Shown here: positions 1 through 10,375 of the stretch, piece after piece
How positions within the stretch are numbered: the first letter of the stretch is position 1
Layout: every line of letters begins with the position of its first letter
DNA from: Candidatus Algichlamydia australiensis
GTDB taxonomy: Bacteria > Chlamydiota > Chlamydiia > Chlamydiales > JAJFMI01
Assembly (NCBI GenBank): GCA_033977065.1
Contig: JAXCHI010000004.1
Span: 128,001 to 192,000, forward strand
DNA length: 64,000 nt
Direction: 5' to 3'
The notes under the pieces: model-generated
The model's database searches: none
The model's input: only the letters and a program-made list of their open reading frames with translations
Told to the model about the DNA's origin: nothing
Translations under genes and position numbers: made by a program

Positions 1-207
1 CCTACCTCCAGGGTGTGCGCAGCAGAGTAATCGCCAGGCATTGAGCAGGGCTTTTCGACCTTGCTTTGTCTCAGGATAGAGGTGGTAGAAAGCAAATTGT
101 TTGGAGATAGAGTTTGGTTCTAGGCTGTAGTAGATTGTATCGAGCTCTTTTTCTGTAGGTTTAGGGGGGGAAAGCAGGGAGACAGCAATAAAAAAAATAT
201 TTAACAT
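1..207 (-). CDS. 5' part of a hypothetical exported protein, runs off the window
   Basis: Manual translation from ATG at 207: MLNIFFIAVSLLSPPKPTEKELDTIYYSLEPNSISKQFAFYHLYPETKQGRKALLNAWRLL..., open to position 1; signal-peptide-like N-terminus. Confidence 0.55.
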   Translation of the reverse strand, partial: MLNIFFIAVSLLSPPKPTEKELDTIYYSLEPNSISKQFAFYHLYPETKQGRKALLNAWRLLCCAHPGGR

Positions 208-322
208 AAATCTCAATTTTAGCAGAATCTCTATTAAAACTTCCAATATTTATAGTTATATATTAATTATATTATAAAATTTATTTAAATTGTTTCTATT
301 AATATTGTAATTAGTTATAATT

Positions 323-1003
323 ATGAGAAACAGACAGCCTACTATAAATACTATGGATAAAATGTATGGACTTGGCCAACCAAGACTACCAAATGAAACA
401 CCCCTACCTCGAACTGAAGTCAGAGGTCCCGCAATAAATATCGTTTTTTCTGGACCCAGATCTACACCTATGCCTGGACTTCCCAAGCCTGATTCCGAGA
501 TTTTTAACGCACGCCGCGAAGATCTTGAGCAGATGAGGGTGGAAGTGGGCTCTTTATCTGACTCTGAAGATGAGTTTATGAGTGATGCGCTTCAAGGAGT
601 TCAAGAAACTGCAGAGTTACTTAACAACGATCCCACAGCCGGTATGAAACAAGTAGATGAAGCAATGTCTTCGCTAAGTTTGAATCCTGCAGCTACTCCA
701 AATGTTTCGGAACATTTAGGTGCAGCAATGTCTTTGTTAGATCTTAACCCAGGTCCTTCCCCAGCACGTATACCAACAGCACCTGGTAAGGTTACTCGGA
801 AAGATCCACCAAATATTAAGAGGCAACATCGAGAAGCAAAAGGGCATAAATTTGGCAGCGGACGAGGCCGAACACGTCTTATTCCTCTCCATCTTAATCT
901 CAGAAGTGTAACAAATGGTAAAACGACTGTTGTGATAAGACCTCTAAATAAGGCCGCATCCGGTAAGTCCAGTTCTCTTCGACGATTTGGCCGGGGCGAT
1001 TAA
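323..1003 (+). CDS. Hypothetical Pro/Ser-rich, probably disordered protein; candidate secreted effector
   Basis: 226-aa ORF after a very AT-rich spacer; internal repeat AMSSLSLNPAA / AMSLLDLNPGP; last ~100 bp overlap the malQ 3' end. Confidence 0.5.
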   Translation: MRNRQPTINTMDKMYGLGQPRLPNETPLPRTEVRGPAINIVFSGPRSTPMPGLPKPDSEIFNARREDLEQMRVEVGSLSDSEDEFMSDALQGVQETAELLNNDPTAGMKQVDEAMSSLSLNPAATPNVSEHLGAAMSLLDLNPGPSPARIPTAPGKVTRKDPPNIKRQHREAKGHKFGSGRGRTRLIPLHLNLRSVTNGKTTVVIRPLNKAASGKSSSLRRFGRGD

Positions 1004-2402
1004 TACGTTCATCATCTAAGTTTTCCCAAACTAGATCACTTGATAGAGCGAGGTACTCTCCTAATAAGTTGATGTGAAAGAGGCTATTTGAAGTGTGCGC
1101 TGCATGCAAAATTTTCTTTCGCATCTCCTTTGAAAGGGTTGGTTTGTAAACCATGCCAATCTGTTTTGCAAATTGTTTCGCCTCGTTAGGTTCATTTTCC
1201 CACCACTGCGCAAGCGTCTCAGAGTCGTGTGTGGAGAGACAGGTCATTGAGAGCTTTTGGTACTCATTTGGTGGAAGTTTCTCCCAGCGCATCACTTTAG
1301 TTCCTGGAATTTTTAGCTCTTGCATGACCTCATTCATTCCATCAAACGTAATTCCTAAGTCCTCACCAATTGGCACCATCTTACTCGATTTTTTTAGCAT
1401 CTCTAAAAGTTTACGCCCTTGCGCCAAAGCTTGCCAAGGTTCATTTGGTAGAAACTGTCCTCTGCTTGCGCACTCTCCGCGTTTGATCGCCCAGATGCGG
1501 AAAAAACCGATCACATGGTCAATCCGGTAGAGGTGAAAAAAGTTTTCTGCATAGCGAAGGCGTGTTTTCCACCAGGCGAAATCTTGCTGCTCTAAAATAT
1601 TCCATTTATAGAGAGGAAAACCCCAGTATTGGCCTTCAGGGGTAAAACGATCGGGTGGAGCTCCTGCGCTATGTGTGAGGTCGAAAAATTCTCGATGGTG
1701 CCAGACGTCGGCGCTATCAGGACTAATGAGGATGGGGATGTCACCTTTGAGCAGGATGTTTTTTTCTGAGGCGTATTGCTTGATGCGCAAAAGTTGGTCA
1801 TAACAGAGGTATTGCAGAAACATGTGATACTGCACCTCTTTTTCGTGACGATGCAAAAGCTCTTTGTAGTGGTGGTGGGAGCAGGTTCGGATCTCCTCGG
1901 GCCAATCTTGCCAGTTTTGTCCCTGCATATTCTCTTTTAGTACTTTGAAAAGAGCGTAGGGAAGAAGGTGATCTTGGGTTTTACAAAAATTTTGAAAGGA
2001 CTCTTTTGCGCAGATCTCTTGACCTTTGAGTTCATAGTAACGCTCCAAGTAGAGCATTTTGTTTTCTAAAACTTCTTTGTAGGCAACGCGTTTTCCCCCG
2101 TTCAAACTCTCTAGTTTCTTGAGCAGTTTTTCAAGCTCTGTGCAATGCGTCTGTTCTAATTGTCGCAGTCCGATATAGATCGGGTGTAGAGCACTTCCGG
2201 AGAGCGCATTGTAAGGGCTTGGATCGGTTCCTGAGTCATTGATTGGAAGAATTTGAATGAGATCAAAGTCGACTTTTTTACACCAGTCGATGAGAGGAAT
2301 AAGGTCGGGAAATTCGCCGATTCCGCAGCTTGTTTTTGAACGCAAAGCCGAAAGAGGGATCGCGATACCGTGATGTGCTTTTGAAAGAATCTCTTTTTCC
2401 AT
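900..2402 (-). CDS. malQ: 4-alpha-glucanotransferase (GH77 amylomaltase)
   Basis: Motifs IQILPIND..SPY, GDIPI, GAPPD.F...GQ.WG.P.Y, RIDHVIG, GEDLG, STHD; start taken at MEKEIL (2402); typical position next to the chlamydial T3SS chaperone. Confidence 0.95.
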   Translation of the reverse strand: MEKEILSKAHHGIAIPLSALRSKTSCGIGEFPDLIPLIDWCKKVDFDLIQILPINDSGTDPSPYNALSGSALHPIYIGLRQLEQTHCTELEKLLKKLESLNGGKRVAYKEVLENKMLYLERYYELKGQEICAKESFQNFCKTQDHLLPYALFKVLKENMQGQNWQDWPEEIRTCSHHHYKELLHRHEKEVQYHMFLQYLCYDQLLRIKQYASEKNILLKGDIPILISPDSADVWHHREFFDLTHSAGAPPDRFTPEGQYWGFPLYKWNILEQQDFAWWKTRLRYAENFFHLYRIDHVIGFFRIWAIKRGECASRGQFLPNEPWQALAQGRKLLEMLKKSSKMVPIGEDLGITFDGMNEVMQELKIPGTKVMRWEKLPPNEYQKLSMTCLSTHDSETLAQWWENEPNEAKQFAKQIGMVYKPTLSKEMRKKILHAAHTSNSLFHINLLGEYLALSSDLVWENLDDERINRPGQIVEENWTYRMRPYLEVLSQQSFYHLLHF

Positions 2403-2407
2403 TTTTT

Positions 2408-2827
2408 TTAAGTCCCGAGATCTACCGGAAGGGGTAGGTTTTGCTGAATTGCCTCCTGCCATCGATGCGCTTTGTCGACAAGTACAAGCAAAATTTCAAA
2501 CAGTTTTTTTCCATTAAGTTCCGCCATAGGCGTACTGGCATAGAGGAGGAGCTCGTCGCTGCGTCTTGAAAAAGAGAGGGAGCCGATGAGAGGAGAGGAG
2601 AGAGCGTTTTCTTGTAGCGCTGCTGTTAATACCTGTTCGCGATACTTCCCTGGAGGCAGCTTCTCAATAACACAGATGATCACAAGTTTTTCCTGATTTT
2701 CAGAGAGCTCAATTTGAGTAAAAAGGCTGTTTTTAAAAGTGATGGCACAGGTGCTATCACCTGTTGCTTTAAGAGGTGTAGCGAGTTCTTGAGAGAGCTC
2801 CTGAATGATGGTTTGAAATCTATCCAT
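2408..2827 (-). CDS. scc1: Type III secretion chaperone, CesT/SycE family (Scc1-like)
   Basis: ~139-aa acidic protein with LPPGKYREQVL.AAL.EN motif, directly downstream of copN; start at MDRFQ. Confidence 0.8.
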   Translation of the reverse strand: MDRFQTIIQELSQELATPLKATGDSTCAITFKNSLFTQIELSENQEKLVIICVIEKLPPGKYREQVLTAALQENALSSPLIGSLSFSRRSDELLLYASTPMAELNGKKLFEILLVLVDKAHRWQEAIQQNLPLPVDLGT

Positions 2828-3974
2828 TCTCTTCCTCCTCAAGCTCATCTTCTAAATCAGAGAGTGTTTCTAGAATCGTCATCAAAAGGTCTTGGCGATG
2901 GCGCTCCGATTTAAAAAGCCTAGGGGGCATGTGGCGCATCGCATCGCGGTACTGCGTAAAGACAATAATTTGCGCTAGGGTATGATTTTGGATCTCCATC
3001 ATTTTGCCCAGCTGGCGAAACTTTTCAGCGGAAGGAAAACGCTCTTTAAAATAGTAAATAAGTAATCGAGAGAGGGTAATAAAATTGAGTTTCATAGGGA
3101 GAGGAAGGTGATACTTGGCAAACTTTTTTGCGATGTTTGCAAAGCGAACTTGAAAAAACCCGTAGACGTCAAAGATTGCCATCATCTGCCTTCCATCAAC
3201 GAGTAAGCGTTTTAGCTCTAGAGGATCGATAGAGGTGCCTTTCGATTTGAGATCTTGGCCCAGAGCGTGCAGAAAAAAGTCGATGACTACCTTCATCTGC
3301 TTGAATTCAAACTTCATTGAGAGCTCTTCAAAAAGCTCAATAGGCTCGCGTGGATTGCCTGTAATATCGCGGTATAGATCTCTGAGCTCTGATTTTGTTC
3401 CAAGACCTAGCTCTGAATAGTTAACAGCTTGAGGAGCAATATTTTTTCCCGCACGAATTTCCCGGCCATAAGTCGAATTAAAATCCTCCTTGGCACGGAT
3501 CATCTTATCCTGAATCGCCTTCTTCTCTTCTGATGTCTCAATCAAAAAATCGATTGCATCATCAGCAATCGAGGGGTCGGGAAACTCGCGCAGAACCTCT
3601 TCAAGCATCTCCGCCTCGCTCATATTAGAGCGCAGATTAGATAAAAGTTTTAGTAGGGTGTGGGGATTGAGTTCTGAGTTGCGTTTGGCATACGCTTTGG
3701 CTGTATTCATCGCCTCATCAAGGCGCTTAACGAGCTCCTCGTTTTCTGTCTCAGCTTCTAGCTGCTCTTCAGAAGGAATTTTGGAGGCCTGCTCCGCGAG
3801 CTTTTTGAAATATTTGGCCATTTCCAGCGGATTAAAAACTGAGTAGGCGCTATCGTCCATAATGAAAGCTGCACGTGCATCCGCTTGTTTGGCTTCGATA
3901 GACTGCTCTTTAAGAAGCCCAGCCTGTAACTTTGCTTGAATATTGGAGATTCCCTCGCCACCAATGCCTGACAT
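2820..3974 (-). CDS. copN: T3SS gatekeeper CopN/SctW (YopN-TyeA-like)
   Basis: FPDPSIADDAIDFL, GREIRAGKNI, LRDLYR and C-terminal PPRLFKSERHRQDLL.TILE TyeA-like segment; synteny. Confidence 0.9.
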   Translation of the reverse strand: MSGIGGEGISNIQAKLQAGLLKEQSIEAKQADARAAFIMDDSAYSVFNPLEMAKYFKKLAEQASKIPSEEQLEAETENEELVKRLDEAMNTAKAYAKRNSELNPHTLLKLLSNLRSNMSEAEMLEEVLREFPDPSIADDAIDFLIETSEEKKAIQDKMIRAKEDFNSTYGREIRAGKNIAPQAVNYSELGLGTKSELRDLYRDITGNPREPIELFEELSMKFEFKQMKVVIDFFLHALGQDLKSKGTSIDPLELKRLLVDGRQMMAIFDVYGFFQVRFANIAKKFAKYHLPLPMKLNFITLSRLLIYYFKERFPSAEKFRQLGKMMEIQNHTLAQIIVFTQYRDAMRHMPPRLFKSERHRQDLLMTILETLSDLEDELEEEENG

Positions 3975-4007
3975 GTCCTCAAGCTATAAAGGAAAAACTT
4001 TACTCGG

Positions 4008-4871
4008 TCAACTAGGAGTCTCGTTGAAGGGGAGCGAGTTCGCTTCGCAGAACAGCCTTGCAAACTTTGAACCCTCCGATGCTTTTGCTTGTATCTGTTT
4101 TACAAGTTCGTTGGGAAGCTTTCTCCACTCATTCATCTCAAGTTCTTCAAGATGTTCCCATTTCGCATCCAAAATTTCGTTTGGGAAAGTGCCTTTAAAT
4201 GGGTTACCGGATAATTTTAACTCTTTTAAATTTATGAGGTGAGCTAGAACAGCGGGTAAGCTTCTAAGTTGATTGTCTGATAAGTCAAGCTTCCTAAGAT
4301 TTTGAAGGGAAGCGATTTCAACGGGTAGTTCACTGATTCTATTATCTGCCAAGTTTAATTCGGCTAGATTGGCGAGCTGACCTATTCCTGCTGGGATTAC
4401 TTTGATCAAATCACGTGTAAATTGAATTTTAGTTACATCGGTATGTTTTTCAATTTCTGGAGGGAATGATCCAATAAAAAATGGATGCCTATTGTGAATA
4501 TTTTCTTGATGTGACGCTAGTTGTTTTCTAACTTTTTCTCTTCCATCGCCATCTGGACGCTTACGATACCCATGTTTATTAAAACGTATTTCGGATGAAG
4601 CTCCTTGTACCCAGTCTTGCATATTTGCATAGAGAGGCTCCTTAGGCTCCTCAACTGGAGCCGACTTTGAGCATATTTTCCAGAGGAAAAAGCCTACTAA
4701 GCTCAATCCAATAAGAGTTGTAGAGACTTTATGGCGCCATAAGAAAGAGCCGGTTTGCGAAACGCACTCCCCGAAAAAATCACAGAGAGGGGCTGCATCA
4801 ATATCCAAACGAGGAGTGATCCCTCTTGAAGAAAATTCTAAAACTGGCTTGACTCCTATATCTGACATCAT
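4008..4871 (-). CDS. Leucine-rich-repeat protein with N-terminal TM segment, candidate effector
   Basis: Repeats LAELNLADNRISELPVEI, LRKLDLSDNQLRSLPAVL, LKELKLSGNP; hydrophobic TLIGLSLVGFFLW. Confidence 0.85.
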   Translation of the reverse strand: MMSDIGVKPVLEFSSRGITPRLDIDAAPLCDFFGECVSQTGSFLWRHKVSTTLIGLSLVGFFLWKICSKSAPVEEPKEPLYANMQDWVQGASSEIRFNKHGYRKRPDGDGREKVRKQLASHQENIHNRHPFFIGSFPPEIEKHTDVTKIQFTRDLIKVIPAGIGQLANLAELNLADNRISELPVEIASLQNLRKLDLSDNQLRSLPAVLAHLINLKELKLSGNPFKGTFPNEILDAKWEHLEELEMNEWRKLPNELVKQIQAKASEGSKFARLFCEANSLPFNETPS

Positions 4872-4953
4872 ATTCTCCCTGTTTGTTAAGATTGTATCAA
4901 AATGTGTTTTTTTGCTCCATCAGATGAGGAGGAAGATTGTAATATAAAAATCT

Positions 4954-7083
4954 TTAATTGAGTTGGATGCGGCCGAGGGGCTGGATCCGGATCTCGGGGA
5001 CAATCTCTTGAGAAGAGAGGACGGGGAGATCGGGAAACTCTCCTTCAATGAGCTTGCGCGCAAAACGTCGTACGTCGATAGCGGTGAGGAGGACAGGGGG
5101 CTGGCCGCCGGGTGGAGTCGGGACGATGATTTCACGCATCGCTTTAATGATGAGTTGAATGGAGTCGGGATCGAGGGCTAGGTAGGAGCCGCCTGAGGTC
5201 TGTTTGACGGCACCGCGAATCATATCTTCGATTTCGGGGTCAATCAAGTAGACGGAGAGGGTGGATTGTCCTTGTGAGTATTTGTAGCTGACGTAGCGCT
5301 TGAGGGAGGAGCGGACATATTCGGTGAGGAGGACGGTATCTTTCTCTGTTTGCGCCCACTCTGAAAGGGCTTCCAGAATAGTACGTAGATCTTTTATGGA
5401 AATCTCTTCTTGTATCAGGCGGCGCAGGATTTCGGTCATTTTTTGAAGAGGAACAAGTCGTGTTACTTCTTTGACAAGATCGGGATAGGACTTTTCTACA
5501 AATTCTAAGATGGCGCGTGCTTCTTGGATTCCTAAAAATTCTTGTGCGTGTTTTTTGTAGAAGTGAGAGAGATGGAGTATGAGGACTTCGCTTGTATTCC
5601 AATATTTAATGGATGCTTTTTTAAGGATCGATTCGTACCTGTTTTCAACCCACAAAGAGGCGTTGCCAACGGCATTTTTGGAGGTTGTGTAGGGGAGATT
5701 GTAGCGGCGGAGGACTTCTTCTGTCTCGTTTGTGAGAAGCATATTTTCCAAGACTTTACCGCGCACGATTGGGACTTCGTTAAGGTGGATAGAGTACTCG
5801 CTTTCTTCTAAACTTGGGGAGTCTGTGCGTACGTGGACACCGGGAAAGCGAACGCCTAAATCTTGGTAGAGAGCGTGGCGCATCTTCGGAATCATCTCTT
5901 CGATAAATGTGGAACCGCCTTTGCGATCGCGGCGCATCGCTTCAGAGAGACTCTTGCCAACTTCTAAGATAACGGGAAGGGTAAGGGCGTAGTCATCTTC
6001 TCCTCCGCGGACGACAGCATGACCTTCTACGTCAGTTTCAACGGTCGCACCGGTTGCAGCGGCGCGCTTTTCCGTTTTACGCATCTTCCACCAGATCGAA
6101 AGGCTTGCGCCTCCTACAGCAAAACCTAGAACAAGAAAGAGGAGTGTGGGGAACCCTGGGATGAACCCAATGGCAATGATGACAAGGGAGGCGATGATGA
6201 CGCCTTTAGGTTGAGCAAAAAGTTGTGTTGATAGGTCGCGGCCAAGATTGGCATCTTTAGTGTCACTTGAGACGCGTGTAGTCACAAGACCGGCAGTCAG
6301 AGCGACGATAAGGGATGGAATTTGAGAGACGAGGCCCCCACCAATGGAGAGGAGAGCATATGTTTGTGCGGCTTGCATCGCTGTCATACCGTGGAAGACA
6401 ATTCCAATGATGAGCCCTCCAACGATGTTGATGATGGCAATTACGATACCGGCAATCACGTCCCCTTTGACGAATTTCATGGCACCATCCATCGCTCCGT
6501 AGAGCTGGCTCTCTTTTGCAAGAGCAAGTCGCAGAGTACGCGCCTGGTTGGCATCGAGAATCCCACTACGCATGTCGGCGTCGATACTCATCTGCTTTCC
6601 TGGCATCGCATCCAAGGTAAAACGGGCCGCAACTTCAGCAACACGTTCAGCACCCTTTGTGACAACAATAAATTGCACAATGGTGATGATGAGGAAGATA
6701 ACGCCTCCGACAACAAAGTTGCCTCCGACTACAACGCGACCGACGGCCATAATGACTTCACCGGCGTAGGCGTGTAGGAGAATTTGTCTTGTTGCGGCGA
6801 TCTCAATACTCAACCGAAAGAGGGTGGTAAGGAGGAGAAGAGAGGGGAAGATGGAGATGTGAACAGCTTTTTGAATGTAGAGACCGACCATCAAAAGGCC
6901 GATTGAGACAGTTAAGTTGATGGCGATCATCGCATCGATCACAGGAGGGGGCACAGGAAGAACAATTGCCATGATGATGGTCACAACAAATAAAGCGAGA
7001 ATGATGTCGGGTGAGCGACTCAAAAAGCGCAAGACTCCTTCGCGCCCTAAAACTCTTCCTAAACTATCTACAAAATTCTTCAT
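4954..7083 (-). CDS. sctV: T3SS export gate SctV/CdsV (LcrD/FlhA family)
   Basis: FHIPEP motif TKGAERVAEVAARFTLDAMPGKQMSIDAD and YGAMDGAMKFVKGD. Confidence 0.97.
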   Translation of the reverse strand: MKNFVDSLGRVLGREGVLRFLSRSPDIILALFVVTIIMAIVLPVPPPVIDAMIAINLTVSIGLLMVGLYIQKAVHISIFPSLLLLTTLFRLSIEIAATRQILLHAYAGEVIMAVGRVVVGGNFVVGGVIFLIITIVQFIVVTKGAERVAEVAARFTLDAMPGKQMSIDADMRSGILDANQARTLRLALAKESQLYGAMDGAMKFVKGDVIAGIVIAIINIVGGLIIGIVFHGMTAMQAAQTYALLSIGGGLVSQIPSLIVALTAGLVTTRVSSDTKDANLGRDLSTQLFAQPKGVIIASLVIIAIGFIPGFPTLLFLVLGFAVGGASLSIWWKMRKTEKRAAATGATVETDVEGHAVVRGGEDDYALTLPVILEVGKSLSEAMRRDRKGGSTFIEEMIPKMRHALYQDLGVRFPGVHVRTDSPSLEESEYSIHLNEVPIVRGKVLENMLLTNETEEVLRRYNLPYTTSKNAVGNASLWVENRYESILKKASIKYWNTSEVLILHLSHFYKKHAQEFLGIQEARAILEFVEKSYPDLVKEVTRLVPLQKMTEILRRLIQEEISIKDLRTILEALSEWAQTEKDTVLLTEYVRSSLKRYVSYKYSQGQSTLSVYLIDPEIEDMIRGAVKQTSGGSYLALDPDSIQLIIKAMREIIVPTPPGGQPPVLLTAIDVRRFARKLIEGEFPDLPVLSSQEIVPEIRIQPLGRIQLN

Positions 7084-8162
7084 TCTTCGCTTTTAAAAAT
7101 ATCTAACTCTGCTTCTTCTGCACGCTCTAGTGAAGCGACCCATTTCAAGATCTCTGCCACTGTCTTGTAGGTGTCATAAGGGATGTATGCACCAATTTTT
7201 CCATTGTCCCACAGATCGTGTGCCAAAGGCACGTTTCGCATAATGGGCACGTCATGCTGCTGCGCACGGCGGATGATCTCACTCGCCTCACGCCCTTGCC
7301 CCATCGTAGCAATTTTTGGAGCGGGCTCCTCCACCTCATCATACTCCAGTGCGATGGCAAGGTGAACGGGGTTTGTCACAACAACTTTTGATCGCGATAC
7401 AGCAGCAGGTCCTTCCTGGTAGGCGAGTTCTTGTGAACGTTGGCGCCGCTTGCTCTTGATCTCTGGGTTTCCCTCAGTATCCTTCATTTCCTGTTTGACC
7501 TCAAACTTTTCCATCATCATCTGCTTTGCAAATTGTCTTTTTTGGAAGACAAGGTCAAAAATCGCGATGGCAATAAAGAAAATCCCTACGCGTAGGGCGA
7601 CTTTGGTCAAAAACTTAGAGAAGACAAGCGCGCTGCCCACAACAGGGAGTGACGCGGTTGTTACAATCTCATCTGTACTATCTTTCACTACATAGTAAAT
7701 GATAATAACAGCTCCGGTAATTTTAATAATCGATTTTAGCAGCTCAACAAAAGTTTTGAGCTTAAACATATTTTTTAAATTCTCGACGGGATTCATCCGC
7801 TTGATGTCTGGCTTCATCGCCTCCATAGAGAAGACCGGCCCAACAACAAGAAAACCCACAATGATGCCAATTCCAGCAATAATTGCCATGAAGGGGAATG
7901 AAGTACTAAAGATTAGATTGATTGCCGACATCATGATACGGCCCGCTTCATTCGCAATATCACCGTGTTCCTTGATGGAGTTAAAGGTGTTGGTCATAAA
8001 GCCGGCAAGTTGATCAAAAAAGTAGCCCGCCAAAATGACAATCCCTGACATGGAGGCAACGAAAGTAAATGCGGAAGGGAAGTCTTGTGACTTTGCAACC
8101 TGCCCCTTTTTTCGGGCATCGCGCAACTTCTTAGAGGTTGCCTTTTCCGACTTTTCTGCCAT
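7080..8162 (-). CDS. sctU: T3SS export switch SctU/CdsU (FlhB family)
   Basis: EKSEKATSKKLRDARKKGQVAKSQD, EGNPEIKSKRRQ, autocleavage-type NPVH. Confidence 0.96.
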   Translation of the reverse strand: MAEKSEKATSKKLRDARKKGQVAKSQDFPSAFTFVASMSGIVILAGYFFDQLAGFMTNTFNSIKEHGDIANEAGRIMMSAINLIFSTSFPFMAIIAGIGIIVGFLVVGPVFSMEAMKPDIKRMNPVENLKNMFKLKTFVELLKSIIKITGAVIIIYYVVKDSTDEIVTTASLPVVGSALVFSKFLTKVALRVGIFFIAIAIFDLVFQKRQFAKQMMMEKFEVKQEMKDTEGNPEIKSKRRQRSQELAYQEGPAAVSRSKVVVTNPVHLAIALEYDEVEEPAPKIATMGQGREASEIIRRAQQHDVPIMRNVPLAHDLWDNGKIGAYIPYDTYKTVAEILKWVASLERAEEAELDIFKSEE

Positions 8163-8179
8163 ACTTCTTGGTTATATAA

Positions 8180-9274
8180 TTAATTGTGAAAGAAGAGAAG
8201 CACATCGCCATCATCGACGATGTAGTCGCGTCCTTCAGAGCGCATTTTTCCCGCTTCTTTGACAGCTGCGCGCGACCCAAGTTCTTTTAAAACAGGAACG
8301 CTAATCACCTCTGCACGTATAAATCCTTTTTCAATATCGCTATGGATTTCTCCAGCAGCAGACTTTGCGTTGGTCCCTTGGCGAATGGTCCAAGCGCGTG
8401 TCTCTTGCGGACCTGTTGTAAAGTAGGTAATGAGCCCCAACTTTTTAAAACACAATGAGACAAGGCGCTTTAGCCCCGACTCTTTCAAGCCGACACTCTC
8501 CAAAAATTCTTTTGCCTCTTCATCATTTAGGGTGCCGAGTTCTTCTTCAAACTTTGAACAAATAGAGATAACTTCACTGCCCGTTTTTTTCGCATGCTCG
8601 CGCACTTTCTGTACGTACTCATTTTCCATTGATGGGAGCGAGCCCTCATCGACATTGGTGGCGTAGATCACATCCTTCAATGTCAAAAATGGATAGATTT
8701 TAAGGATCTCTTTTTCATCACTACTCAGATCGAGCTCACGCATCGATTTGCCCTCATCCAGATGAGTGGCGCAGCGCTTGAGTAGCGCAACTGTTGGCAA
8801 TAATTCGCGGTTTCCTTTCGCCTGCTTTTCTAACTTGACCAAAGAGTTTTGGCACATTTGCAAGTCAGCAAGAGCGAGCTCTAGTTCAATAATTTCTATG
8901 TCAGCAATTGGATCGATTTTGCCGCGTACATGAACTACATCGGGATCTTCAAAGCAGCGCACAACATGCAAAATAACATTTGTCTCGCGGATATTTGCTA
9001 AAAATTTATTCCCCAAGCCTTCGCCTTTTGACGCGCCTTCGACAAGGCCGGCAATATCAAAAAAGACGCAATGAGCGGGGATCATCTTTGCACTGTTACT
9101 CAATTTTGCAAGCAAATCAAGTCGATCATCGCTCACTTCTACAACGCCCTTGTTGGGATCAATTGTGCAAAAGGGATAATTTGAAGCTGCCGCACCTTTT
9201 TTGGTGAGCGCGTTAAAGAGGGTAGACTTTCCTACATTGGGAAGACCTACGATACCAATAGAGAGTTCAGACAT
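8180..9274 (-). CDS. ychF: Redox-regulated ATPase YchF
   Basis: [59 protein letters not shown]. Confidence 0.97.
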   Translation of the reverse strand: MSELSIGIVGLPNVGKSTLFNALTKKGAAASNYPFCTIDPNKGVVEVSDDRLDLLAKLSNSAKMIPAHCVFFDIAGLVEGASKGEGLGNKFLANIRETNVILHVVRCFEDPDVVHVRGKIDPIADIEIIELELALADLQMCQNSLVKLEKQAKGNRELLPTVALLKRCATHLDEGKSMRELDLSSDEKEILKIYPFLTLKDVIYATNVDEGSLPSMENEYVQKVREHAKKTGSEVISICSKFEEELGTLNDEEAKEFLESVGLKESGLKRLVSLCFKKLGLITYFTTGPQETRAWTIRQGTNAKSAAGEIHSDIEKGFIRAEVISVPVLKELGSRAAVKEAGKMRSEGRDYIVDDGDVLLFFHN

Positions 9275-9327
9275 ACCCTCTATCATACTGGAAATGAGCC
9301 ATTTTTAGACAGAATGCAATTTAATAG

Positions 9328-9362
9328 TTGACTCTATTTGCGGTCTATCCTACTATGTAGTA
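9328..9362 (+). promoter_or_regulatory. Sigma70-type promoter of the TA operon, with an overlapping palindrome
   Basis: TTGACT-17bp-TACTAT; palindrome TACTA-TG-TAGTA over the -10 (candidate antitoxin operator). Confidence 0.6.
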
Positions 9363-9370
9363 CAATTATC

Positions 9371-9721
9371 ATGAAAAGGGAAGTAGTTGAGACAAAGATA
9401 TTTTCGGAGATCTTGGATAAGCTCGTAAGAACTGGAAAACTGGATCGTAACGACTTTGATGACTTGTTGAGAATAATCATTACAAATCCTGACGAAGGAG
9501 ATGTAATGCGTGGAACAGGTGGGTTAAGAAAAATTCGCTTGAAGGGAGTATCAAAAGGAAAAAGTGGAGGTTTTCGCATCTGTTACCTTGATGTTCCCAA
9601 AAATGAAAAAATCTATTTAATAGTAATATTTCCCAAAAATGTTCAAGAAAACTTGGACAAAGAGGAGATAAAAATATTAAAAAAACTAGTTGAAAGACTA
9701 AAGAAGGAAAAAAATGAGTGA
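9371..9721 (+). CDS. RelE/ParE-superfamily toxin (HigB-2-like)
   Basis: NPDEGDVMRGTGGLRKIR....KGKSGGFRICY and IFPKNVQENL, characteristic of HigB-2-type toxins; toxin-first order. Confidence 0.9.
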   Translation: MKREVVETKIFSEILDKLVRTGKLDRNDFDDLLRIIITNPDEGDVMRGTGGLRKIRLKGVSKGKSGGFRICYLDVPKNEKIYLIVIFPKNVQENLDKEEIKILKKLVERLKKEKNE

Positions 9722-10028
9722 GTTCTTTAAAGGAATAAAGCAAGGTCTTGAGGAAGCAGTTGAGTTTGAAGAAAAGAAGAGAACTCTTAGAACGAAAAAA
9801 ATTGAAATTCCAAAGCCTCCGAAAAAATACAAAGCTAAAGATATCAAAAGAATTAGAGCTAAAGAAAATTATTCCCAAGCTATTTTTGCAAAAGTTCTTA
9901 ATGTTAGTGTAAAAACTATTCAGGCGTGGGAATCAGGAGAAAGAACTCCTAGTCAAGTTGCTATGCGGTTATTACAAATTATTGACGACGGTATTTATAC
10001 GCCTGAAGTTTTTAAAGAAGCATGTTAA
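9714..10028 (+). CDS. Xre/Cro HTH antitoxin (HigA-2-like)
   Basis: IKRIRAKENYSQAIFAKVLNVSVKTIQAWESGERTP; overlaps toxin stop. Confidence 0.9.
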   Translation: MSEFFKGIKQGLEEAVEFEEKKRTLRTKKIEIPKPPKKYKAKDIKRIRAKENYSQAIFAKVLNVSVKTIQAWESGERTPSQVAMRLLQIIDDGIYTPEVFKEAC

Positions 10029-10220
10029 AAATTTATTTCCCAAGCCTTCGCCTTTTGACGCGTCTTCGACAAGGCCGGCAATATCAAAAAAGACGCAACG
10101 GGCGGAGATCATCTTTGCGCTATTACTCAATTTTGCAAGCAATTCGAGTCGATCATCGCTGACTTCCCCACGTTGGGAAGGCCTACGATACCAATAGAGA
10201 GTTCGGACATACCCTCCATC
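10026..10220 (-). pseudogene. ychF: Diverged duplicate of the ychF 5' end with an internal 91-bp deletion
   Basis: Aligns by eye to 8999-9284 minus 9134-9224; encodes [46 protein letters not shown]. Confidence 0.92.
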
Positions 10221-10375
10221 GTAATCGGTTTTATCTATTTTTGGAAGAAAAGAGGTGGGATCTAAATGAAATGTTTCTTTCATTTTGAATTAAGTTTTTA
10301 CAGATAGCCCTAAATATACCGATCTGTTAACCTTCTTAGCAAAAGTAGTTAAATTTTATTTTAAGTAGGCGGGAA

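Noticed and set aside
9972..10283. 103-aa minus-strand ORF with YchF-like stretch
   Set aside because: Chimeric reading of the ychF duplicate fragment plus flanking DNA; not a gene
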